DNA of 64,000 nt from Myxococcota bacterium (GTDB taxonomy: Bacteria; Myxococcota_A; Bradymonadia; UBA4248): contig JAZRVP010000136.1 in the NCBI GenBank assembly GCA_045599245.1, positions 34,555-98,554 of the forward strand, given 5' to 3'. Both the position numbers and the translations under genes were made by a program. Position 1 is the first letter of the stretch. Each line of letters begins with the position of its first letter. Positions 1 through 10,596 of this stretch are shown piece by piece. Below the pieces are notes generated by a model. That model did no database searches. It saw nothing but the letters and a program-made list of their open reading frames with translations, and was not told the origin of the DNA.

Positions 1-314
1 ATCGTCACAATATTGAGACTATTCTTAAATCCCTTCGCATCAGCATTGGGTGAAGCAATATCCATAAAAATGATATCCGTATTGCGCATTGAGTAATGCT
101 CACGCACATTTTCCGGAAGCTTCTGGATTTCTTTCTGGCTCAGGCTACCGGAAACCAAAATCCAACCGCCTGGTGGCACAATCGTAAATGTTCCGCCATT
201 ATATTTATCCGATTCACCAACGGCACCATCTTCTGCTTTATCCTGCGCAAAAGCACTCGCTGAAAAAAGCATTGATGCCATCATTGCCACTGCCAAACCA
301 CGACTAAATTTCAT
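1..314 (-). CDS. Secreted hypothetical protein, 3' end runs off the window
   Basis: Hand translation from ATG at 314 gives MKFSRGLAVAMMASMLFSASAFAQDKAEDG..., a Sec signal peptide with AFA cleavage; the frame stays open to position 1. Confidence 0.75.
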   Translation of the reverse strand, partial: MKFSRGLAVAMMASMLFSASAFAQDKAEDGAVGESDKYNGGTFTIVPPGGWILVSGSLSQKEIQKLPENVREHYSMRNTDIIFMDIASPNADAKGFKNSLNIVT

Positions 315-407
315 ACACGACCTCACATAGCACACAGAACAAAACCCTCTTTTGACTACACTCTAATGCGCTTTCTGTCAACATTTGAGGTTCTCTCAAC
401 AACAGAC

Positions 408-433
408 AAAAAAACGGCGGCTTTCGCCGCCGC
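408..433 (-). terminator. Intrinsic terminator after the beta-barrel gene
   Basis: Minus strand reads GGCGGCG-AAAG-CCGCCG followed by T7, just downstream of the stop at 456. Confidence 0.7.
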
Positions 434-455
434 CATATTTCTCGTTGCCTTTTAT

Positions 456-1367
456 TTAAATAGCAAAACCAACATTCAAGCTGAAAAGAAATCCGTGAAT
501 GGGTTCATCCTGATTAACTTCGCCCAACCCTAGAGGTGCTTCATCCGGGGCTTCTTCAATCGTGTATCGAAGATCAAGACCAATTTCAAAACCACCGGCT
601 ACCAGGCTGATGCCACCGCCAAACTGGGCTCCGAACTGCGGAAAACGTTTCTCCTGATCGAGATGATCATTGCCGTCATCCAACGTTACAAACGTAACTG
701 AAGCTGCTGCAACGCCATAAACATCAAGCGAACCATAATCAAAGACATGGGCTCTCAAACCCAACGAAATCGGAACTCTGAAATATTCATCTATTTCATT
801 GCCGATATCACAGAAACGTCCAAAGAGATAATCGTTGATAAATTCCACCGAAATCCAACGAATCGGACGATATTTCAAATAAAATCCAATACCGCCCGCA
901 GCCTTGCTTGAAAGTTCAGCACCATCCGTCAACACGATATTGCTGTTCGTTACACCAACACCACGAAGGCCAAGACCAAAGCGCGAACCTTTCTTCTTTT
1001 TCTTCGTCGTTGTCGTTGTCGTTGTCGTTTCTTCAACCACAACCGTTGTTGCAGGTTCTTCAACAACAACAATCGGACCACGTGGTCTTACGTTTGTACG
1101 ATAGTGACGAACAACAGGAGCCGGACGAGGACCAGGACCATAACCGGGACGAGGACCAGGGCCGTGACCAGGACCATAACCAGGACGAGGACCGGGACCA
1201 GGGCGCGGACCAGGCTGAGCCAAATCCATTTCAAGTTCCAGCGCCGGAATTTCTGACACAAACGTATCTTCTTCCGGAAGCATGTCACTCAGGGAAACCT
1301 CTGCAAATGCCGATGCCGGAACAAGCATCAATGCACCAGCCAATAAAAAAGCCTTAATCTTTGCCAT
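456..1367 (-). CDS. Outer-membrane beta-barrel protein with N-terminal Pro/Gly-rich segment (303 aa)
   Basis: AGGAGA RBS and signal peptide (ASAFA); GPRPGPG repeats and a poly-Thr/poly-Lys run; alternating amphipathic beta-strands ending FLFSLNVGFAI. Confidence 0.75.
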   Translation of the reverse strand: MAKIKAFLLAGALMLVPASAFAEVSLSDMLPEEDTFVSEIPALELEMDLAQPGPRPGPGPRPGYGPGHGPGPRPGYGPGPRPAPVVRHYRTNVRPRGPIVVVEEPATTVVVEETTTTTTTTKKKKKGSRFGLGLRGVGVTNSNIVLTDGAELSSKAAGGIGFYLKYRPIRWISVEFINDYLFGRFCDIGNEIDEYFRVPISLGLRAHVFDYGSLDVYGVAAASVTFVTLDDGNDHLDQEKRFPQFGAQFGGGISLVAGGFEIGLDLRYTIEEAPDEAPLGLGEVNQDEPIHGFLFSLNVGFAI

Positions 1368-1461
1368 CTCTATTTCTCCTTAAAAAAAGTGATTACTTTT
1401 TTCATCCGCCATAAGGCCTGTTGCTTTACTATCAACTTCTATGCCAACTCATTTCTTTTGT

Positions 1462-3381
1462 CTAAAAATCAAGTTCCTCCGCATCATCTGCATGCGACAT
1501 AACAAATTTAAAACGTGGCTTCGGATCATTGCCCATCAATTCCGATACCACAGTCTCTGTTTCTTCTTCATCGCCAGGTGCAATTTCTACCCTCAACAAA
1601 CGTCTCGTCGCCGGATTCAACGTCGTTTCATACAGCGTCTGCGGCATCATCTCACCTAGTCCTTTAAATCGCGATATCTGGACATCCTCGATCTTCTTGT
1701 GATTTTTTCGCAACAACTCATCTCGCTCTTTCTCATCCAAAACCCAATACGTCTTCTTCCCAATATCAACGCGGAAAAGCGGCGGCTGTCCAATATAGAC
1801 ACAGCCCGCATCGATCAGCGGCTTCATCTGACGATAAAAGAACGTCAGCAATAACGTCGAAATATGATGTCCGTCACTATCGGCATCCGCCAGAATAATC
1901 ACCTTGTGGTACCTGAGATGATCCAGTGTGCAATCTTTGCCAAGGGAACAACCAAGTGCATTGGCAATATCACAAAGTTCTTTATTCTGTTGAACTTTGC
2001 CGCTTCCTGCTGTCTCCGCATTCTGAACTTTGCCGCGAAGCGGAAGTATCGCCTGTATCCTGCGATCTCTTCCCTGCTTCGCTGACCCGCCTGCTGAATC
2101 CCCCTCAACCAGAAACAGCTCACACTCCAACGGATTATTCGAGGAACACTCCGCCAGTTTCGCCGGAAGATTCAATTTTCTCGAACTGCTCACTGTCTGC
2201 GTAACATTTAATGCCGCCTGGCGCGCCGCCTGACGCGCTTTTGCCGCCAATATCACCTTGTCGGCTATCACCTGTCCCGCTTTCGGATGTGACGCAAGAA
2301 ATGCCTCAACTTCATTCTTCACCGCATTCGATATCCATGTCCGGATATCGACATTTCCTAGCCGCCCCTTCGTCTGCCCCTGAAACTGCGGATTGCCAAT
2401 AAACAGACTTATCGCTGAAAATAAACCCTCTCGAATGTCCTCCGACATCACACTCACACCGCGAGGTACCATATTGTGCGCATCCATATACGTCTTTAAC
2501 GCACGCTGAACGCCATCCCGCATCGCCCCTTCATGTGTTCCGCCATCCGGCGTCGGAATCGCATTCACAAAGCTTTGGGTCACTTCCCGATTCTGATCAC
2601 ACCAGCAAAGTGCAACATCAAATCGACCCTGCTCATCATCCTTCGACAACGTGCAGATATCACCCTGTACTTTCTCCGTCCCCGCACTCTCAATCATGTG
2701 CGAAATTAAATCACACAAACCTCCCGCAAAACAAAACTCCTCATGCGTTTTTTCCACGCGATCTTCATACGTTATCTTTATCCCATTGATAAGATAGGCC
2801 TTCGTCTCAAGACGCTCCCTGATAACCTCCGTATCAAACATCACATCGGGAAATATTTCCGGATCCGGACGGAAAAATATCGTCGTGCCCGTCAGACGAC
2901 TCGTCCCCACTCGCTTCACTTTCGTCTGCGGCTGCCCCTTGCTGTACCTCTGCTCAAAAATACCGCCATCCCGCTCAATATGCGCCTTAAAATCTATACT
3001 CAGTGCATTGACAACACTCGATCCAACGCCATGAAGTCCGCCCGATGTCCTGTAATTATTATTGTTAAACTTGCCCCCGGCATGAAGCTTCGTCAATATC
3101 ACCTGAAGAACACTCTCTTTCGCCACAGGATGCTCATCAACTGGTATCCCTCGCCCATCATCCTTCACCGTGATCGAACATCCATCCTCATGCAATATCA
3201 CGCTGATACGACTCGCAAATCCGTTCATTGCCTCATCAATAGAGTTGTCCAGTATCTCCCACAATAAATGATGAAGTCCCGTCTTGCCCGTCGATCCAAT
3301 ATACATTCCCGGACGAAGACGCACCGCTTCAAGCCCTTCAAGTATCTCTATATCCTTTGCTGAATAACTCTTATCACTCAT
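1462..3381 (-). CDS. parE: DNA topoisomerase IV subunit B (type IIA B subunit, about 639 aa)
   Basis: LEAVRLRPGMYIG, ENSIDE-like DNSIDE, GGLHGVGSSVVNALS, Toprim EGDSAGGSAK, PLRGK and DADSDG motifs; lacks the long proteobacterial GyrB insert. Start set at MSDKSY (3381) with GAGG RBS. The ParE versus short GyrB call is inference. Confidence 0.8.
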   Translation of the reverse strand: MSDKSYSAKDIEILEGLEAVRLRPGMYIGSTGKTGLHHLLWEILDNSIDEAMNGFASRISVILHEDGCSITVKDDGRGIPVDEHPVAKESVLQVILTKLHAGGKFNNNNYRTSGGLHGVGSSVVNALSIDFKAHIERDGGIFEQRYSKGQPQTKVKRVGTSRLTGTTIFFRPDPEIFPDVMFDTEVIRERLETKAYLINGIKITYEDRVEKTHEEFCFAGGLCDLISHMIESAGTEKVQGDICTLSKDDEQGRFDVALCWCDQNREVTQSFVNAIPTPDGGTHEGAMRDGVQRALKTYMDAHNMVPRGVSVMSEDIREGLFSAISLFIGNPQFQGQTKGRLGNVDIRTWISNAVKNEVEAFLASHPKAGQVIADKVILAAKARQAARQAALNVTQTVSSSRKLNLPAKLAECSSNNPLECELFLVEGDSAGGSAKQGRDRRIQAILPLRGKVQNAETAGSGKVQQNKELCDIANALGCSLGKDCTLDHLRYHKVIILADADSDGHHISTLLLTFFYRQMKPLIDAGCVYIGQPPLFRVDIGKKTYWVLDEKERDELLRKNHKKIEDVQISRFKGLGEMMPQTLYETTLNPATRRLLRVEIAPGDEEETETVVSELMGNDPKPRFKFVMSHADDAEELDF

Positions 3382-3617
3382 TACGACCTCAAATATTACG
3401 CATCCGCCTTTCGGATGATTCGTCTCCACGTCTTCTAAATCATTATGCCCCTTCAGGGGCAATTTATTTTTTATTGCCAAATCATTTGACGTGATTACCC
3501 TTGATTTCTGGCACTCGAAAATGGGATTTCTTCTCAATAAGCCCCTTTCCGACCCAACTTTACTTATCATACAATACATTGACACTCGCATTTATGCCCG
3601 TGTCTGGAGACTTTTGC

Positions 3618-6086
3618 ATGGATTCTCAAAACGGTAAAAAGAAAAAATCCTCCCGAAAATCTGTCGATTCTCAGCCTGAAATCACCGATACCAAAACCAC
3701 TCAATGCGAGGATCCCGCCGACTCCGTCGTGTTTCAATTTCCACTCCTGGCTCTGACCGATCTCGTCATTTACCCTGGCGCTCTCACCATCATTAAAACC
3801 ACTTCCGAAGACCAGGTTAAAGCCGTCATGGCGGGAATGCATGAAAAAGAATATGTCATGGCAATCCCCATGATTCCTCAGCCTTCTTTCTCTGCGCTCG
3901 AAAAAAGTGACATCAATTCCTATTACAAAATGGGAACTCAAACGCGAATCATTAAACTCATTCGGGTTGAAGACGAACCTGAACCGACCTGGCAGATCAC
4001 GATGCGCGGCGAAAATAGAATGAAGCTTGAAGGCATCGCCATTGACAGAACGAAAAAATTCTGCCGCGCTGTCGTATCCCCTGTCGAAGACATCCCGCTC
4101 GCTATCATCGGTGAAGCCGTTTACGAAGACCAAACACTGCTCAGAACCGTCCGTCAGTCCGCTAAAAATTACTTTGAACGCTGCCAAATTGCACCGAACA
4201 ATCTCAAAGAACTCCTGCGTCTGCTCGAACAAATCCGCTCAGCCGCCACACTCTCCGACTTTATCTCCGCTCACATCGACATGCCCTATCCTCAGCATGC
4301 CGCTCTGCTCGCCACACTCGACGTCCGCGAACGACTTCAACTCCTGCTCAACATCATCTCCAGTCAGCTCGAAGTCGTTAAACTCGTCGCAAATGCCGCT
4401 CAAAAAGTTCGCACTGACCTCGATAAACAGCAGCGCGATTACTTCATTCGACAACACATCAAAGCTCTCAAAGAACAACTCTCTGACGAACCCAATTCCG
4501 ATACCGACGATCTCAAAGAAAAATTGGATAAACTCGACGCCTCAAAAGAAGTCATCGATTACATCCAAAAACAGTGGAAACGCCTCCAGTATCTCCCACA
4601 GGTCAGTGCCGAATATTCCGCAGCTCGAACACATATCGAAACACTTCTCGACATTCCCTGGCACAAATACACTCAAGACCACATCTCACTGACTGACGCT
4701 CGTCGAATCCTTGACGAAGATCATTACGGCCTTCAGGACGTCAAAAACCGCATCCTTGAACACCTCGCCGTTCTCGCTCTGCGTAAAGATCTCAAGGCCC
4801 CTATCATTTGCCTATACGGCCCCCCAGGCGTCGGTAAAACCAGCATCGGTAAAAGCATCGCTCGCGCTCTCGGCCGTAAATTTGAACGCATCAGCCTCGG
4901 CGGCATCCACGACGAATACGAAATCCGAGGTCATCGCCGAACCTATATTGCAAGTATGCCCGGACGCATCGTCCAGGCACTTCGACACGCTCAGTCCATG
5001 AACCCCGTCATGCTCCTCGATGAAATCGACAAACTCTCCAATGATATGCACGGCGATCCCTCCAGTGCCCTGCTCGAAGTCCTCGATCCCGAACAACACA
5101 ACGCTTTCGTCGACAACTATATTGAAACCCCCATCGATCTTTCTCAAGTCCTCTTCATCACAACCGCTAACAGCCTCGACACAATTCCCGGCCCTCTTCG
5201 CGATCGCATGGAAATTATCGAACTTCACAGCTACACTCACGTCGACAAACGATTCATCGCTTCCGACTTTCTCATTCCAAAACTTCTCAAAGAACACGGC
5301 CTGACCAAGTCAAACCTTGTCATCTCTCCCGAAACTCTCGATCAAATCATCTCTCACTATACCCGCGAAGCCGGCGTCCGACAGCTTGAACAAAAACTCA
5401 GTTCTCTGTGCCGAAAAGTCGCTGCAAAAGTCGTCGAAGCCCTCGAAGACGGAAAAAAACGCCCCCGCATTTCTATCAATACAAGACATCTCGAGTCCTA
5501 TCTCGGGAAAAAACAATACGATTTCGACCTCATTGAGCCAAACCGTCTGCCTGGAATTTCAACCGGACTGGCCTGGACCCCCGTCGGCGGAGATATCCTC
5601 TTCATCGAAACCAACCAAATGCCCGGAAAAGGCGAACTCGTTCTCACTGGACAGTTAGGAAACGTCATGCAGGAAAGTGCAAAAGCCGCAATGACGCTCA
5701 TCCGTTCTCATGCTCAAAACTACGGCTTCAATGCAGAAGACCTTGAAAAACGCAACATTCATCTCCATGTTCCCGCAGGCGCAACGCCAAAAGACGGCCC
5801 CTCCGCCGGCTGTGCCATCTTCACGGCAATTTACAGCCTCCTCAAAGACATCTCCGTCCCCGCTCAAATCGCCATGACCGGCGAAATTTCCCTCCGGGGG
5901 GCAGTACTTCCCGTCGGCGGCATCCGCGAAAAAGTTCTTGCCGCACACCGCTCCGGCATTCGAACCATCATCCTCCCAGAAAAGAACATCCGCGATCTCG
6001 ATGAAGTTCACGAATCCGTCCGAAACGACCTCCTCTTCATCCCAATCTCAAACATCGATCAGCTCATTCCCGCTGTTTTCGGCTGA
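3618..6086 (+). CDS. lon: ATP-dependent Lon protease (about 822 aa)
   Basis: LON N-domain, Walker [24 protein letters not shown] and catalytic PKDGPSAG motifs; start ATG 3618 with GGAGA RBS. Confidence 0.97.
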   Translation: MDSQNGKKKKSSRKSVDSQPEITDTKTTQCEDPADSVVFQFPLLALTDLVIYPGALTIIKTTSEDQVKAVMAGMHEKEYVMAIPMIPQPSFSALEKSDINSYYKMGTQTRIIKLIRVEDEPEPTWQITMRGENRMKLEGIAIDRTKKFCRAVVSPVEDIPLAIIGEAVYEDQTLLRTVRQSAKNYFERCQIAPNNLKELLRLLEQIRSAATLSDFISAHIDMPYPQHAALLATLDVRERLQLLLNIISSQLEVVKLVANAAQKVRTDLDKQQRDYFIRQHIKALKEQLSDEPNSDTDDLKEKLDKLDASKEVIDYIQKQWKRLQYLPQVSAEYSAARTHIETLLDIPWHKYTQDHISLTDARRILDEDHYGLQDVKNRILEHLAVLALRKDLKAPIICLYGPPGVGKTSIGKSIARALGRKFERISLGGIHDEYEIRGHRRTYIASMPGRIVQALRHAQSMNPVMLLDEIDKLSNDMHGDPSSALLEVLDPEQHNAFVDNYIETPIDLSQVLFITTANSLDTIPGPLRDRMEIIELHSYTHVDKRFIASDFLIPKLLKEHGLTKSNLVISPETLDQIISHYTREAGVRQLEQKLSSLCRKVAAKVVEALEDGKKRPRISINTRHLESYLGKKQYDFDLIEPNRLPGISTGLAWTPVGGDILFIETNQMPGKGELVLTGQLGNVMQESAKAAMTLIRSHAQNYGFNAEDLEKRNIHLHVPAGATPKDGPSAGCAIFTAIYSLLKDISVPAQIAMTGEISLRGAVLPVGGIREKVLAAHRSGIRTIILPEKNIRDLDEVHESVRNDLLFIPISNIDQLIPAVFG

Positions 6087-6103
6087 ATTTTGATGTTTCC
6101 GGC

Positions 6104-6156
6104 GCTATGCACGTGCCGTGCATACGCTGCCGGGCTCAGGCTTTCGGCTTGACGCC
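6104..6156. repeat. Two bulged-hairpin (REP-like) copies after lon
   Basis: GCTATGCAC-GTGCC-GTGCATA(C)GC and GGCTCAGGC-TTTCG-GCTTGA(C)GCC. Confidence 0.65.
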
Positions 6157-6223
6157 GATACGCCTTCGCAATCTTTTTTGCCCTCCCTCCTCCCATCCAC
6201 CTCTGTCCATTCTGACATCGGAT

Positions 6224-7084
6224 ATGCAACACAAAATCATTATTCTTGGCGAGTTGCTCTGGGACTGCTTTGAACAATCAAAAAAGGCCGCAGGCGCACC
6301 GTTTAATTTCGCAAAACATGCACTCTCTTGCGGCTTATCCCCTCTTCTCATCTCTGCCGTCGGCCTCGACGAAGACGGTACCGAACTCATCAATGCAGTC
6401 CAAAATTCTTCTGTTTGTTCAAACATTTCCCGCGTCCAGTCCCCCACTGGAAAAGCAATCGTTCACACCACAAACTGCCACAATTCATTTGAACTCATCG
6501 AACCTGCCGCCTGGGATGAAATCGCCCTTCCCCCCGAAACACTCGATATCATTCCTTCAGCCTCTGCTCTCTACTTTGGAACTCTCGCGCAGCGCGCTCA
6601 CAAAACTCGCCAAACCATTCAAAACTGCGCCAAACTGTTCCAAAATCGAATGCGAATCTGTGACATCAATTTGAGACCGCCATTCATCACAAACGACATC
6701 ATTTTATGGTCCCTGGCTCATTGCAATATTCTAAAAATGAGCGATGAAGAAACCCCTCAAATCGCACAACTCTTAAGTTTATCGCCAAATTCCACTCCAG
6801 ATCACGTCGTTCAGACATGTTTTAATCAATTTCCCATCGACATCATCGTTGAAACAAGAGGCCCGAACGGCGCAGCCGCCTGGCACCGAAACGGAACCTC
6901 TGCAACAACCCAGGCACAATCCATCACCAATTGCTCGACTGTCGGCGCCGGAGATGCCTTTATTGCCTCATTTTCTGCTCAAATTTTACAACAATCGCCC
7001 TTACAAACCGCCCTCGAAACCGCTGTCATCTATGCCTCTTCCGTCATTGCCAACCCCTCTTACACCTCTCCCCACCCAGTTTAG
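6224..7084 (+). CDS. PfkB-family carbohydrate kinase (fructokinase-like, about 286 aa)
   Basis: IILGELLWD, AGAPFNFA, DINLR, LKMSDEE, ETRGPNGA and TVGAGDAF PfkB signatures; start MQHKII at 6224. Confidence 0.9.
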   Translation: MQHKIIILGELLWDCFEQSKKAAGAPFNFAKHALSCGLSPLLISAVGLDEDGTELINAVQNSSVCSNISRVQSPTGKAIVHTTNCHNSFELIEPAAWDEIALPPETLDIIPSASALYFGTLAQRAHKTRQTIQNCAKLFQNRMRICDINLRPPFITNDIILWSLAHCNILKMSDEETPQIAQLLSLSPNSTPDHVVQTCFNQFPIDIIVETRGPNGAAAWHRNGTSATTQAQSITNCSTVGAGDAFIASFSAQILQQSPLQTALETAVIYASSVIANPSYTSPHPV

Positions 7085-7672
7085 GGCCCCCCAGTCCCAC
7101 CGACTCGCCAACCCGTTTTTTTGTGAGTCCAGCGCACAAAATAAACTCCTCCACCGGCGGCTTTTTCTCTTTTGAAAAAGTCACCCGGACCAGAAGGTGT
7201 TTACTCTCAATACGCTTTGGTGCCGTAAACGAACCATACTCAATGTGCTTCGTCAAACAATTGAATCTGTTCCGTTACGTTATGTGAGGCTTCTTTCGCA
7301 TCCTGACGCAATTTCAATGCACTCCTGCACTTGAGATAATGCAAAAAACACATCCATTGCACCGATAGCTACTCGTCAGCAAAATCATGGACAGGGCGGT
7401 GCTCGTACTGACATCTCATTGGCTCCCCAAAAGCAGAGCCCCATTGCCCTGCATATTATATGATGCCTTCGAGATCCGTTTGTTACAGATTTATTTTTCT
7501 GGGTTCCCAAAATGGCAAATAAAAGCCTGAATAATGCACATCACGAGCAGAATAACGTGTATAAGATCATTGATTTATGCAGCTATGAACATGCCATCAC
7601 AGCCCGCACTCGACATCTGTGCTTGAGCATATTCATGCATACACAGCCCTTTGTCACAATTCAGCCAGGGGT

Positions 7673-7903
7673 AATTCACAAATCTGCTGAAATTTGGGCA
7701 GAAATTGACGAAAACCGGATTATTACGCAATTTTAAGGCAGAAAATAATGAGAGCCAGTCGAGGCGTTGTGAACAACGCCTTGGTCCCGGCGAGGAACAA
7801 GGGATAGACAGCCCAAAAGGCTTATACCATCTAAAAATATTGAGGTTTCCAAAGAGCAGAGCCCCGGAGGGGTCTGAGGCAGAGCCCCGACTGAACAGTA
7901 ACC
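7673..7903 (+). mobile_element. Modular MITE-like dispersed element, copy A
   Basis: Shares AATTCACAAATCT.CTGAA, TATT(A/T)CGCAA..TAAGGCAG, CCCAAAAGGCTTAT.CCATCTAAAAATATTGAGGTTTCCAAAG and GCAGAGCCCCG..AGTAAC with the copies at 29332, 34609 and 54540. Confidence 0.65.
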
Positions 7904-7929
7904 TTTTAACAAAAAACAAAACTTTTTTC

Positions 7930-7958
7930 TTGACCCAATACTCGTTCTCCCTTATAAG
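7930..7958 (+). promoter_or_regulatory. Sigma70 promoter of tRNA-Phe
   Basis: TTGACC-17 bp-TATAAG followed by a GC-rich discriminator (CGCCCCCGC), about 45 nt upstream of the tRNA. Confidence 0.7.
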
Positions 7959-8002
7959 CGCCCCCGCTTCACGGCGAAAACACTTGCGGTTTTCCCGAGG
8001 TT

Positions 8003-8075
8003 GGCTAGGTAGCTCAGTAGGTAGAGCAGGGGACTGAAAATCCCCGTGTCAGCAGTTCGATTCTGTTCCTAGCCA
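8003..8075 (+). tRNA. trnF: tRNA-Phe (GAA)
   Basis: Acceptor stem GGCTAGG/CCTAGCC, D-arm GCTC-AGTAGGTA-GAGC, anticodon arm GGGGA-CTGAAAA-TCCCC and TTCGATT loop; CCA is not encoded. Confidence 0.97.
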
Positions 8076-8077
8076 TA

Positions 8078-8106
8078 AGGCGCTGTTCAATACAGCGCCT
8101 TTTTTT
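8078..8106 (+). terminator. Intrinsic terminator after tRNA-Phe
   Basis: AGGCGCTG-TTCAATA-CAGCGCCT followed by a T-run. Confidence 0.85.
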
Positions 8107-8197
8107 GTTCTTTGAACATTCGGGCCTATAAATACACTTCGTGTGAAGTGACTCGTCACTTCTTTGTCAGACGTTTTCAGGCTTCAGGATCTTTGCC

Positions 8198-10309
8198 ATG
8201 CACATACAAACGACGATGGGTCACCCGACACCTCTCGGGGCAACCGTCTCTGCAGAAGGCATTAATTTCGCCATCTATTCGCAAAATGCCACATCTGCTT
8301 TTCTGGCTCTCTTTGACCACCCTGATGATCCCGCCCCTTCGTGCCACATCCGTCTCGATCCTAAATGCCATAAAACAGGCGATGTCTGGCATATCTTCGT
8401 TAAAGATCTCAAACCAGGTCAAATCTATGCCTGGAGAATGGACGGCCCTTATCGCCCACTTAACGGACACCGTTTTAACGTCAATAAACTTCTGCTCGAT
8501 CCCTATGCCAGAGCCATGATCGGAACCATCGATATGTTTTCTGACGATCTCTACGGGTTCAATCGCCGTTCGGCCATGAAAGATCGCTCTTTTTCTCCAA
8601 CCGACAGCGCGCCCGTCACCGCCAGATGTGTCGCTTTGCCTCAGCCTCCCATCGACTGGGACACCGAAAACCGCCCCCATCATCCCCTTTCTCAAAGCAT
8701 CATTTACGAGTGCCATGTCAAAGGAATGACAGCTCATTCCTCCAGCTTTTCGACTAAACCCGGAACTTTTCTCGGGCTCATCGATCGCATTCCTCATCTC
8801 AAATCACTCGGCATTACAGCCATTGAACTTCTCCCCGTCGCTCAGTTCAATGAATTGGAACCGCCTACACTTATCGATCCCGTCACCGGAAAACTGAATA
8901 AAAACTACTGGGGATACGCCACACTCGGTTTCTTCAGCCCGCATCAGGGATACGCCAGTGATGCCACCCCGGGAGCCGTCGTCTCCGAATTCAGAACTAT
9001 GGTCCGCGCCTTTCATGAAGCTCAGATCGAAGTCATTCTCGACGTCGTCTTCAATCACAGCGGTGAAGGCGGAGAACACGGCCCGACAATCGAGTTTCGA
9101 GGACTGGACAATGCCGTCTACTATATGCTCGAACAACGCGGCAAATACGCCAATTATACCGGCTGCGGAAACACAATGAACTGCAATCACCCCGTCATGA
9201 AGCATCTCATCATCGAATGCCTCCGATACTGGCTGGTCGAGATGCACATCGATGGTTTCCGTTTCGACCTCGCCACGATCCTTGGCCGTTCAAACAAAGG
9301 CGAATGGATTAATGACCCTAATCTCGGTCTTTTGAGTGATATCGCAGACGATCCCATACTGAGCGGATGCAAGCTCATTGCCGAAGCCTGGGATGCCGGC
9401 GGACTCTATAAAGTCGGCGGTTTCCCCAAGGCCTGGGCCGAATGGAACGGAAAATTCCGCGATGATGCCCGCAGATTTTGGCTCGGTTATGACCATACCG
9501 CCCTCGAACTGGCCAGACGTATTACCGGAAGCAAAGACTGTTTCTCGGAAAAAAACGATGCATCTCAGAGCATAAACTTTATCACGGCTCACGACGGTTT
9601 TACCCTGCGCGATCTCTGCTCATACAAAGAAAAACATAACGAACGAAACGGCGAAAACAATCGCGACGGCAGTTCTGACAACATCAGTACAAACTTCGGC
9701 ATCGAAGGCGAAACAAACAACCCTGAAATCCGACGAAAAAGACTTCAGCACGCCAAAAATCTTCTCGCCACACTCTTTCTTTCTCGCGGAACCCCCATGC
9801 TGCTCGGCGGCGATGAAATCTGGAGAACTCAGTCCGGAAACAACAACGGTTTCTGTCAGGACAGTGAAATTTCCTGGATTGACTGGACTAAAAACAACGA
9901 ATCTCAGGAAATTTTCAACTTTACTCGTCAGCTTATGATGTTGAGAAATCGTTACAAAGCCCTTCGACAAACGGATTTTGCCGATCCCCTTACCGCCCGT
10001 GTCAGCATCGACAGCCTGCGATTTCACGGCATCCATGTCGATACTCCGGACTGGGCCGACTGTTCACATTCGATCGCTTTTGAACTCATGGACGGCCCTC
10101 AGGAACCCCATTTTTACATCGCCATGAACGCCTGGAAGGAGCCTCTGGCTTTCGATCTGCCAAAACGAACCTGGCTTTCCCTTATCGATACCAGCCAGAA
10201 TTCCCCTGACGATTTCTTTGCCCCCGAAAACGCCCCGCGCTTCACGGACTCTCGACTCACGGTCAAACCGGGAAGCCTCCGGGTTTTGATGTCTACACGA
10301 TGTATATAA
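8198..10309 (+). CDS. glgX: Glycogen debranching enzyme / isoamylase (GH13, 703 aa)
   Basis: GHPTPLGAT, LLDPYA, IYECHVKG, NYWGY, LDVVFNHSGEG, DGFRFDLA, EAWD, INFITAHDGFTLRDL and GTPMLLGGDE motifs. Confidence 0.96.
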   Translation: MHIQTTMGHPTPLGATVSAEGINFAIYSQNATSAFLALFDHPDDPAPSCHIRLDPKCHKTGDVWHIFVKDLKPGQIYAWRMDGPYRPLNGHRFNVNKLLLDPYARAMIGTIDMFSDDLYGFNRRSAMKDRSFSPTDSAPVTARCVALPQPPIDWDTENRPHHPLSQSIIYECHVKGMTAHSSSFSTKPGTFLGLIDRIPHLKSLGITAIELLPVAQFNELEPPTLIDPVTGKLNKNYWGYATLGFFSPHQGYASDATPGAVVSEFRTMVRAFHEAQIEVILDVVFNHSGEGGEHGPTIEFRGLDNAVYYMLEQRGKYANYTGCGNTMNCNHPVMKHLIIECLRYWLVEMHIDGFRFDLATILGRSNKGEWINDPNLGLLSDIADDPILSGCKLIAEAWDAGGLYKVGGFPKAWAEWNGKFRDDARRFWLGYDHTALELARRITGSKDCFSEKNDASQSINFITAHDGFTLRDLCSYKEKHNERNGENNRDGSSDNISTNFGIEGETNNPEIRRKRLQHAKNLLATLFLSRGTPMLLGGDEIWRTQSGNNNGFCQDSEISWIDWTKNNESQEIFNFTRQLMMLRNRYKALRQTDFADPLTARVSIDSLRFHGIHVDTPDWADCSHSIAFELMDGPQEPHFYIAMNAWKEPLAFDLPKRTWLSLIDTSQNSPDDFFAPENAPRFTDSRLTVKPGSLRVLMSTRCI

Positions 10310-10418
10310 AAACTATATTTTTAAGTGTAGACTATCGGATATAAGGCTGGTTATATGCCGACTAGCCATTATTATAACTATATATGCGTGCCTTTCTAAC
10401 GATACGGCACGCCATTCA

Positions 10419-10440
10419 GCCTATGCCTCTGGCATACGGC
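10419..10440. repeat. Bulged-hairpin copy after glgX
   Basis: GCCTATGCC-TCT-GGCATA(C)GGC; a degenerate copy lies at 10386-10412. Confidence 0.65.
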
Positions 10441-10533
10441 CTTTTGCCGTCTGCTATGTGCTCGGTCGCCGTTTGTGCGACCTGCGCGCATACACAGCCG
10501 GCTTTTCAAAGATACTCTGAACAAAACACAATG

Positions 10534-10596
10534 TTAGTGATTAGTGGGTAGTGATTAGTGGGTAGTGGTTAGTGATTAGGATTTAGGATTTAGTTA
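10534..10596. repeat. Heptamer tandem array (9 units of (T/G)TAG(T/G)(G/A/T)N)
   Basis: ttagtga ttagtgg gtagtga ttagtgg gtagtgg ttagtga ttaggat ttaggat ttagtta. Confidence 0.85.

Noticed and set aside
3382-3617. Overlapping N-terminal extensions of the parE ORF (to 3591) and the lon ORF (from 3501)
   Set aside because: The extensions have no family-like sequence; good RBS-ATG pairs at 3381 and 3618 leave a normal divergent spacer.
7044-8037. Small ORFs (70-114 aa) around the MITE-like copy A and the tRNA
   Set aside because: They translate repeat, promoter or tRNA sequence and have no RBS or recognisable motif.
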